Part shown: piece after piece, positions 55,141 to 64,000 of the stretch | Layout of the letters: each line of letters begins with the position of its first letter | Position numbering within the stretch: the first letter of the stretch is position 1 | DNA from: Macrostomum lignano | Lineage: Eukaryota | Assembly: GCA_002269645.1 (NCBI GenBank) | Contig: NIVC01000034.1 | Coordinates: 284,883 to 348,882 of the forward strand | Length of the DNA: 64,000 nucleotides | Direction of reading: 5' to 3' | The notes under the pieces: model-generated | The model's database searches: none | What the model was told of the DNA's origin: nothing | What the model saw: the letters and a program-made list of their open reading frames with translations, nothing else | Program-made: the position numbers and the translations under genes

Positions 55141-55979
55141 TCTACGAGTATTGCTGTCAGTAGCCATATCGAAATTTAATTTAGCTCGTATAACTCAGTT
55201 CAGGACTCGGTTCTGCTTCCGCACATCGAGGTGGCTTCAGCTTCACCTACCCTGACTGCGGGCTCTCTCGGGCAAAAGAAGGTCGCCAGGACTTCACTCG
55301 AAGGGCCCCGAATTGATCTCAAGAGCCCGTTGATTTCTTTATCTTTTGGTGCGGCAAGTATTAAGTTCAAATCTTGATGACTATCTATCTGTGAATACAT
55401 TATAGTCTGTGTTGTGAAACAGTTCTTATACAGACTTGATTCTTACGTTATGAAGGTTTTTAGGACAGCATCTAGTAGCGTTAGTAGCGTCAGTGGCAGC
55501 GTTACTTGTAGAAATGGAATTTAGGACTATTTAGGGACTATCTATTGCATTTTGTACAAAATTCGACTACTGAGAGTACATGTAGTTTTAATAAGCAGTT
55601 TGTACAGTTATTTTTTGTCTTTTACTATTAATTTGGTAGTTTGAATTGCTTTCATTAGTTTTAAGTAAATGAGACCGCGACTCTCCAAGTGAGTATATGG
55701 TGTAGCTAACCATTCTTTGTGACCCTAGATACTCCTTTTTTATAACTTATGCTAGAAGATCTACATGTATTCGTTAAGTTACTCTTCTCTGCAGTAAAAC
55801 AAATCTGCGATCATTTCTTATTTATCAGGCAAAACTAACAGAACTATTTTTTTATTAACTACGTTTCCTTTGTTACTAAACGTCTAATAAATGACAGAAG
55901 CTATACAAAATTCATTTAACTTCTATAATTTACATTTCGAGTACATTGTTTTACTGTAATATTCTTAAAAATTTTGATC

Positions 55980-56185
55980 CCTTATAGAAACCAATAATTT
56001 TGCTTCAGTGCTACAAAACATGGCGCCTGCGGCACCAAAATGAGTTCCTGTGGTGCCAAAATGATCCCTGACAACACCGATTCGGAAAGTAATGTACTTG
56101 TAAGAATTTAGTCATGTGCATGTACTTGTAGAATTCTTGACTTTGTCTCTCCACCATAAAATTCATGGCGACGCCCCTGGGAACA
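55980..56185. mobile_element. Partial copy of the MITE at 61300-62162
   Basis: Shares TTTTGCTT...ATGG(C/T)GCCTGCGGC, GACAACACCGATTC and the terminal CATGGCGACGCCC(C)TGG. Confidence 0.7.
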
Positions 56186-57879
56186 GGTGACAGTCGGTAA
56201 GCAGCTTCAGAGCTCAAAGAGAGCCCTATGGCTGGAACTCTCACCAGATCGATTTTTTTTTCTAGAAGTAAACAGCCTAGAAGGGACAGCCTTGCGAGTG
56301 AGCCGAAGAAGACAGAAAGTGCAACCTATTCAAAGGATAATTGCACTAAATCAGCAAGAGCGTCGCTGAAGGATGATTTTCTATAGGATTTGCTTGAGCC
56401 ATTAACAGTTCAAGAAAAAAGCTGCAAACAAGCGACGTCGTGAAGCAAAACAACCCAAATCCAGTTTTGCTTCAATCAGCATTCCCAGAGGAAACTGCAA
56501 TTGACTATGACGCCATGCATAAAAGCGTCATGCATCCGGGACAATTTACTGAGAAACTGTTTACTATTGTCTCTGAAAACCGAAAGACAAGAAAAAAAAG
56601 CATGCAGTCTATATTTATATTAGAATGTGATGTAACCGCCCTTGTCGCCTGTCCGCTCCGTTGAGAGACGAACGCATGACTAGAGGGGGGCAATGACCGT
56701 AGGCTGCCTATGACCGGGCAATGACCTGACGGACCTCCAGCACCAGACTGTCCCGCCCACATGATTGATAGCTTTGGTAGCGCTTCGTGACCAGAGGGCC
56801 AAGGACCCACATGGACCCCACCTGTAGCCAAGGTGCAATAGTTGGTCACTCGGTCATGGGATGACCGAGTGGCTGCCATCACTCTATGTGACATGGCGCA
56901 TCTGGATCTTACTACCAGACCTCTCGAGGCTACAGCCCCGCCTGGGATGATTACCAGGGGATTTAGGCTAACAGGGGAGACACATGCAGCCGAGTACACG
57001 GACTCTGCTTGAGGCATGATCGGGAACTCTGGGCTCAATCTGGAGGATTTCTCAGCAGGGGATCCTTTGTGGCTGTGAGCGAGGCTGACTTGCGACTTTG
57101 ATTACTAAGAGTAGTGTGAGGCGAACATGTGCTGTCTATAGTTTAGACTGCTCAGGGCGAAGGGACACGTTAGCATGGGATTGCAATCTTCCTACTGCCA
57201 TTCTGTGCCAAGACTCGCTAATCCCTCTACTGCACGCACACACGGACCCGCGGCACGCACTCACAGGCGGGCTTTGCACGGGGAGAAGCCATTAGTTTAC
57301 CCAAACTTCCTTATGCTTTGCAACCCGGGAGAAAGGCTTAGCAAGCCATGAGTGAAATGATGGTGAAAGAGTGAATAATGATGAGGTTAGTTAATAGTTA
57401 ATAATAAGGCCCTTAGGCAAATAATTAGGCAATTAGGCGGCTTCACTATTGAGTAAAATACAGCAAAAGATACGGTGTCACAATTGGCTCAGCTCTCAAA
57501 TCAAGCAATGGCGAAGTAGGCAAACCTCGGATAAGCAAAGGCAATTAGAGCACAAATTAGTAATGGGAACTTACCGGCAGCTGCACAGAGAGAGAGAGAG
57601 AGAGAACGATGGAGTGACCGGGGGCGGCTGTAGGCTGCAGTCAGGCAGACAGTGAAGCGGCGATGCGCTGAGGTGACGAGGCGCTGATGTAGATCAGGCG
57701 ATGCTGATGATGCTGGGCGGTATCAGACCGCTGGTCGATAGGCGAGCTCACTTGGGGAGCTGAAGATAACTTGGCGGTAACAGACCGCGGACCGGCAGAG
57801 GTTCGTCCTATAGACGAATGGGTCAGAGCTACGTCTGACAGCGAGTCCACAGTAGGACGAGAAGGAACGCGTAACCTCG

Positions 57880-58440
57880 CAGTTCTGAGGATTCTCATGC
57901 CGTAAACCGCTTCCTTATATAGCCTTCCCAGCCGCCGCTCCAAGGTCGTTTCCATGACTCCCTCTCTCTGATTGGCTGCCGGCAGAATGACGTCAGAATG
58001 AGTCATGATACATGAGGCATGACAACGGCATATCAACACGAGAAATTGGAGAATTGCGCAATCCGGAGGTGGGGTGGGGGGATACTCGTAATTGGCGCAG
58101 CGGGAGGTCTCGAAAGTGTTGCACAAGCAAACATTGAGAACAATGGGGCGGGGTTCAAGAACAAAGGAATTGGAAATCGGGGATAATTGGGGAGAATCGA
58201 GAACAATAGAAAAGCAAACATTGGAGAAAAGGTGATAATTAGGTGCGAAAACGAGAACAATAGAAAGAGAAAATCGGAGAAAATGTGATAATTGGTGGGG
58301 ATAAAGAGAACAAAAGAATCAAAAACGAGAACAATAGAAGCGGAGGTGGGGTGGGTGTCGCATGAGAAATTTGGGGAGGAGAACAATGGCATGAGAAAAG
58401 GTTGCGCAAGAGAGGGGGATGAGTCATCGATGAGTCATCG
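57880..58440 (-). promoter_or_regulatory. Pol II promoter-like cluster (TATA, CCAAT, CRE, AP-1, C/EBP)
   Basis: TATATAAG at 57921-57914 (minus), CCAAT at 57975-57971, TGACGTCA at 57988-57995, TGAGTCA at 57999, 58420 and 58431, TTGCGCAA at 58054 and 58402. Confidence 0.5.
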
Positions 58441-60058
58441 AGGGGAAGAAGGGGTCACACGACTTGCGTCATCGTTTGGGAGTTTGAGAAGGGATGGGGT
58501 GACGGTGAGCGCGCAAAATACTGTAAGTAGACGCAGAGAAAGGGGGGACAGAGCAGGAGAATAAGGCGAAAAGGGGCAAAAAGAGGGGAGACAGGAAGAG
58601 TACATAAAGAATAGGGAGGCGCGCAGGGGAGATAGGGTAGAGGGGGAGGTACAGAGAGGGGTAAAGAGCTCCGGAAAGGCAAGTGTGGCGGCAGGGGAGA
58701 CGGAGCCAAGGCAGCAGGGGGTGCAGCAGAGCGGGAGTCTGCAGGTCTGGTCGAAGACCTGGCCCAGTCTCGACAGCTCCGTGCAGAAGGTACACGGCGA
58801 TGGGAGGCACTTTTGAAAAAAGTTCCCCTTTTTCAAAGAGACAACAAAAGTTCTGTGAAATTGCATGAAGAATATCGAAAGTCAAAACAATTTAGCAAAC
58901 TGATTCACTATGCAAAAGACACCGTTTGGCAATGCGGATATTGTCATAGGTGAGGTTGATCACCTATGAAAATATATATACTACTCATATATATAGTACT
59001 CTTATGTATATACTCAGCAACATTGAAAAGTCGCCACTCTATGCGCCAGTGAGCAATTTCTCTTGGACTGTTCTGAAATAAAAGATGCAAGAAAACTGAT
59101 CGGCTTAGCTTTAATCCGCCCAACCCTCGCACACCGCTCCCCCACTTCATTCCTCAATTTAAGTCTGACCCGGCGTAGCTGAGTTGCGTCACACGCAGAG
59201 AGTCACTCGTTCTATTGTTCGCTTTTTTAGACATGACCGATGAGCGAAATTGAGCAAAATGAATATTGGATGAAATAAAAATTTGCGTAGGAGAACGAGG
59301 AGGTAGCAAATATTGTAGAATCTTAAAACATAAAAGCAAAAAAACAAAACCTTTTCCCTATAGCCCAATGTCTTCAAACTTGTAGAGAAACTCCCAAACT
59401 TCTTGTCTATCTCTGGCCACTACCATTTCAACACCTTGACTCTAAAATCTGCACTAAGAAGAGTGAAATGATTTTATGCAGATATTATGATATTATGATA
59501 TTATGATATTATGCAGAGAAGTCAAACTTGCTAACGATAGAGAAGGTTTAAAAAGCAACCAAAGCAAGAAATGAAGACGAAAGTTTTTTTCCGAAACTTC
59601 TAAACATTGCAGCTATCAGTTTGCTGTGCCTAAATGGAAAAAGTTAAAGTTTCAGAAAAAAACTTTTTGCTTGCAATTCCAGGGCAACAAAAGTCAATAA
59701 TAATCCTTTTTCACCTTGCTAAAGGCCAAAAAGAACAGTATCAGTTTGAAGATTTACTTCAGTTTTCTTCAAAAAAGAATTGAGTCTTAAGGTGAGGATC
59801 TCAGCTAGGAGAGAAGTGTGATAAGTCTAGATAACTCCAATCGAGATGTCAGTATGAGCAGTTTGTCAAAGTCTTATTCACGAATGGTTAACAGCTGGTT
59901 AGCGATAAAACAGACACAGCCCCCTTCCAAACACCTCTCGCCAACTGTCAGAGTTGGAAATCTCCGGAGCATAAAATGCAAAGAATTCAAGATTAGTTTA
60001 CCATTATTTTAGCAGAGAGAAATCGTCCGAAATCTTAAAATAGCGAACAGATTCTAGC

Positions 60059-61356
60059 ATGGAATTAAAACTTAGAGTAATTGCAGCACTTCTGCTCGTG
60101 ATCGGCTGTTGTGCAACTCTGATGACGTGTAGCTGCCAGAATGACCCGCATTCTAGCTACTCTTTCAAGGAAATCGTTGGCACGACCACTATAAAAGGCT
60201 TGAAGCTGCGGGTATTCGAGTTGGGAAGAGGCGTTCAAGTGGCCGAACCGAGAGTCAAGCTCGGTGGGTCTTGCAGCACCCTCAGGTATAACCGTCTTTA
60301 CCTGAAGTATCAGTTGTCTGTACCGTTTCAAGTGAAAACTCCTGTTCTAAAGAGTACCATGGGCCGCGGAAAAAAAATTGGTCGAGTCATCGTTTCTCAG
60401 GTTGACGTCAAGTTGAACGCGGCACTCGCGAGTAAGAGTTCGAAGCTGACTGTGATTACAACCAGCAAGCGTGGCAGATGGAAACTTTTGTTCCTATGCG
60501 ACACTTACGAGAGGTGCTCAGGACTGCGAGATGAACTCGTGAGCAATCCGTGGTCTCTTCAGCAGGCAGTGCAATTTAACCTGATCGGAGAGGTAGCTAG
60601 CTCTGCGGTGATGTTCGAAGCGCAAGCAAGTTTGACTCCATTGAATCTCAAGGACTGCTACAGAGGCCGATGGTTTGTCATTCAGCGACAGGTTAATGGC
60701 GATTTGTCATTCAAGAAAAATTGGGACGACTACGTCAAGGGATTCGGACATCCAAAGTCCAATTTTTGGATCGGTGTGTACTCTTAGAATAATCTAAGAC
60801 TATAACAGCTGCTTTATCAAGGCTAGCTGATTCTGCACAGTTTTAAAATCGCTTACCATGCTTCCATACTGCAGGACTGGAGAGTCTTTTCGCCATCACT
60901 GCGACCAAAGAAACCGATGTTACTTGGCGCAATCCCGAGACTACACTTTGTCGACTGAGAATTGAAGCCGAAGGTCTGGACAAGAAGAAGTACTGGGGTG
61001 AATATGGCCGATTCCAGGTCTTGAGCGCCGACCAGAACTACCGACTTCGAGTGGGCGATAAGAAAGCGGGCTCAACTATTGACGGTTTCATCAGGGTGCA
61101 CAATGAGCAGCAATTTAGCACCTACGACAGGGATCACGATACAAATCCAAAAATGTCTTGCTCTCGAGTGTTTGGCTTTGGCGGATTTTGGTTTGGCAGC
61201 AGCTTAAGAGTGAACCCCAACCCCAAAAGAGAACTTTTTGGAGTGTTAGAATTTAGAAAGCTACGTATACATGTAATAATATATACCAGCTACTTAAGAT
61301 CAGGGGCGTCGCCACCGGGGGACAGGAGACATGTTCCCTCCCCCATAACGAACTAA
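60059..61356 (+). CDS. Secreted fibrinogen-related-domain (FReD) protein
   Basis: Signal peptide MELKLRVIAALLLVIGCCA. Exon 1 60059-60773 and exon 2 from 60875 (phase 1). Motifs WFVIQRQVNGDLSFKKNWDDYVKGFG...FWIGLE, RLRIE, YRLRVG, FSTYDRDHD, GGFWF. 3' end uncertain. Confidence 0.85.
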
Positions 61357-62162
61357 AAGCTATATTCTGGGACTTGCCAATGCTTTGTCCCCCTCCCTAC
61401 CTTTTTTGACTTGCTATGGAAATCTAAATGTTTTGCTTATTATAACTAAAGATGGTGCCTGCGGCGCTAAAATGAGTGCCTGCGGCGCTAAAATGAGTGC
61501 CAGCGGCGCTAAAGTGAGTGCCTGCGGCGCTAAAGTGAGTGCCTGCGGCGCTAAAGTGAGTGCCTGCGGCGCTAAAGTGAGTGCCTGCGCCGCTAAAGTG
61601 AGTGCCTGCGGCGCTAAAGTGAGTGCCTGCGGCGCTAAAGTGAGTGCCTGCGGCGCTAAAGTGAGTGCCTGCGGCGCTAAAGTGAGTGCCTGCGGCGCTA
61701 AAGTGAGTGCCTGCGCCGCTAAAGTGAGTGCCTGCGGCGCTAAAGTGAGTGCCTGCGGCGCTAAAGTGAGTGCCTGCGGCACTACAATGAGTGAATGTGG
61801 CACTAAAATGAGTGAATGTGGCGCTAAATGAGTGCATGTGGCGCTAAAATGAGTGAATGTGGCGCTAAAATGAGTGAATGTGGCGCTAAAATGAGTGAAT
61901 GTGGCGCTAAAATGAGTGAATGTGGCGCTAAAATGAGTGAATGTCGCGCTAAAATGAGTGCCAGCGGCGCTAAAATGAGTGCCTGCGGCGCTAAAATGAG
62001 TGCCTGCGGCGCTAAAATGAGTACCTGCGGCGCCAAAATAATTAAATGATCGCGGACAACACCGATTCTGAAAATTTTACTAGCAGAAATTGTCATGTAC
62101 ACATGTACATGCAACATTCTTGGCTTTGTTCCCCCTCCATACAATCCATGGCGACGCCCTGG
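61300..62162. mobile_element. MITE (hAT-like CAGGGGCGTCGCCA termini) carrying an expanded 21-bp minisatellite
   Basis: TIRs CAGGGGCGTCGCCA at ~61300 and TGGCGACGCCCTG at ~62149-62161; no TSD recognised. Confidence 0.65.
61452..62035. repeat. Minisatellite, 21-bp unit GCCTGCGGCGCTAAAGTGAGT
   Basis: About 28 units in two sequence variants. Confidence 0.95.
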
Positions 62163-63394
62163 GGCAGTGAATACAGTTGACCGAGTCCTCTGAATTTCTT
62201 TCTAGGCTTAAACAGCTTCAAGCATAACTTGAGCCGCGATGCAGTGTACAGATTTTTATGGGATTTCTGACCTACTACTTGACATTTAACAAAAGTAGTA
62301 CCAGTAGAGCATGAGCAAATTGAAATATTAGGAAGTATCAATCCATCAGTCAGTGACAAAAAGCTAAAAGTAGTAGCCAATAATTTTTGGTGCAAAGTAT
62401 AGTTCGGTAGCGGATCGACTGTCAATCATTCTTTCACACCGTGACCAAGAGAAGTCATAAGCTGACAGCCGAAGTTATTTATCATATGAAATCACACTAT
62501 CTAGGTAGCGCAATGCTCGGAGCACCTTCCTGCAGCTAAGTTGAAGGGATCACATGATTTTTAAATTTATACCCTGTACCGAAGAATCGAAGGTGATTAC
62601 ATTTGTAGCTAACCTTAGTACGGGGACGTTACAGCTGCCAATCTTAGTTTTTATGTCTCTTTTTGGACAGATCTTCCTAGAATTTATTTTCTAAGAAATA
62701 TCAACCCTCAAATGCGTGTTTGGAAAATGCAAAGAAAAATGGATAGTTTCAATATCGATTATTAATACTTGGCATTTCCTCGTGTCATTGAGTATATAAT
62801 GTCGAGAGTTGTCAAGAGCTTCTACAGTTGTTTAGCTCGTTTAGAGTCGGTTACATCGAATGATTGACAGATCTGTTAAAACAAACCGTATTATTTTATA
62901 ACTGGCAGAAAGAAGTAGCTATTCGGTGTTAAAAGCAAACCATTTTTTCGGATAAAATGCTTAGCATCCACACTCAATATCAGGTCGGTTTTTTTCAGTT
63001 TTAAGTTCACTTCTTGTCTGCAAAGTGTTTCAATGTTTGTCAAAATACTCGTAGCTCGTAAGTGGACAGATTTGAAAGAACCATTATTGCTTCAACAGTA
63101 GGCTTATTGTTTCATTTCTCAACAATTGTTTATGTAAACCAGCCGGAGTGGCTTGCCAAGCACTCTTTGTCGTCAATCAACTGAGCCAATGCGAAGAACC
63201 CTGCAGTTGTACTGTACCTCACACAACTTACAAGGAAAACACGTTAACTCTTCTTAGTCAGTAGTAACGACATTTTGCGGAATTAATCATGAGAAAATTT
63301 CTCATAATCTCTCACTTCTACTGTTCTTAATTTAAAAAACTACAATCTTTTTATATATAATTTGCTATAACGGACGTGGACCTGTTTCTTCCAG

Positions 63395-63723
63395 ATACGA
63401 GCCGCGGACGTCTCGGCAACATCCAGGAGGCGCTGATCAGCCTGCCGGTTGCTACCGCATCAAAAAACGGCCGGGCTCGAGGCGGCGGACATCCAAATAC
63501 AGGGAAGAAAGGCGGCCGAGGTGCTTTTGCTGCTGGAAGCTTCATCCTAGCAGCTGGCATCCGGCTAAGCATTGTGATCGGACAGGCTGGCGGCGCGGCC
63601 AACAAGGGCAGGGCTGGCGGGGGCGGGGGCAGAGGCAGCTTTGTGTACCGGACGATCGACAACGGTAGCGACGTACTGCTGTTGGCCGCCGGTGGGGCGG
63701 AGGAGCCGCCGACAGTAATCGCG
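63395..63723 (+). CDS. ALK/LTK-type glycine-rich domain exon, apparently frameshifted
   Basis: GGRGAFAAGSFIL..G.RLSIVIGQAG...GGGGGRGSFVY...LLLAAGG. Acceptor tttcttccAG at 63394, donor GTGAGT at 63724. Confidence 0.65.
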
Positions 63724-64000
63724 GTGAGTTCTGCAGCTAGCCGCTGTGTATGGCTGCTCAACATTGGTATATTCGCGCACGGTCACGAGTGCAGGATGTC
63801 TTCACGTACGAGTGAACGTGAAGGAATTCATTGTCGATGATTCATCGTGCAGGAATGCACAAAACCGTGCAGGAATGCATTTCTGCGCCTAATGCTTTTC
63901 AGGAGAATTTACCATAGACATCCATTCCTGCACGCAAAAAGTATTGAGGTGAGTAGAACTTTAGTTAGGACCATAGATCTTATATTCCCTAGATAGGCCA

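Noticed and set aside
56505-57330. GC-richer segment with a 177-aa ORF, possibly a TE remnant
   Set aside because: No recognisable protein motif, termini or second copy in the window.
57641-58126. 161-aa minus-strand ORF
   Set aside because: It runs through the TATA/CCAAT/CRE cluster and has no motif; more likely promoter plus 5' UTR.
61385-62144. Cys-rich SACGAKV repeat protein
   Set aside because: Translation of the 21-bp minisatellite inside a MITE.

Overview
Animal (eukaryotic) genomic DNA: GC-rich exons separated by AT-rich introns, almost every one filled by its own minisatellite. The style suggests a free-living flatworm such as Macrostomum; this is an inference, not proven. Genes found: (1) minus-strand Nup98 FG/GLEBS coding exons (16940 to 11558) followed by Nup96 coding exons (8401 to beyond the left window edge); (2) head-to-head, a complete 9-exon NEK10 kinase (21596-35677, +); (3) a 15-exon, 663-aa uncharacterised type-I membrane protein (37934-51255, +); (4) an LRAT/PLAAT-family gene; (5) a secreted fibrinogen-related-domain gene; (6) an ALK/LTK-type glycine-rich exon. 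Mobile DNA: a young 5'-truncated RNase H-bearing LINE with a 13-bp TSD, a full-length CsRn1-like Ty3/Gypsy element, a probable solo LTR, tRNA-derived SINEs, several MITEs, Helitron-like blocks and a decayed LINE endonuclease. The most striking observation is that the Nup98 frame ends in TGA with a downstream AATAAA, and the autoproteolytic (HFS) domain that normally links Nup98 to Nup96 is not visible anywhere between the two parts. The locus looks like a Nup98/Nup96 fission, possibly resolved by trans-splicing instead of autoproteolysis. All exon boundaries were read by eye and checked for phase; no database searches were run.
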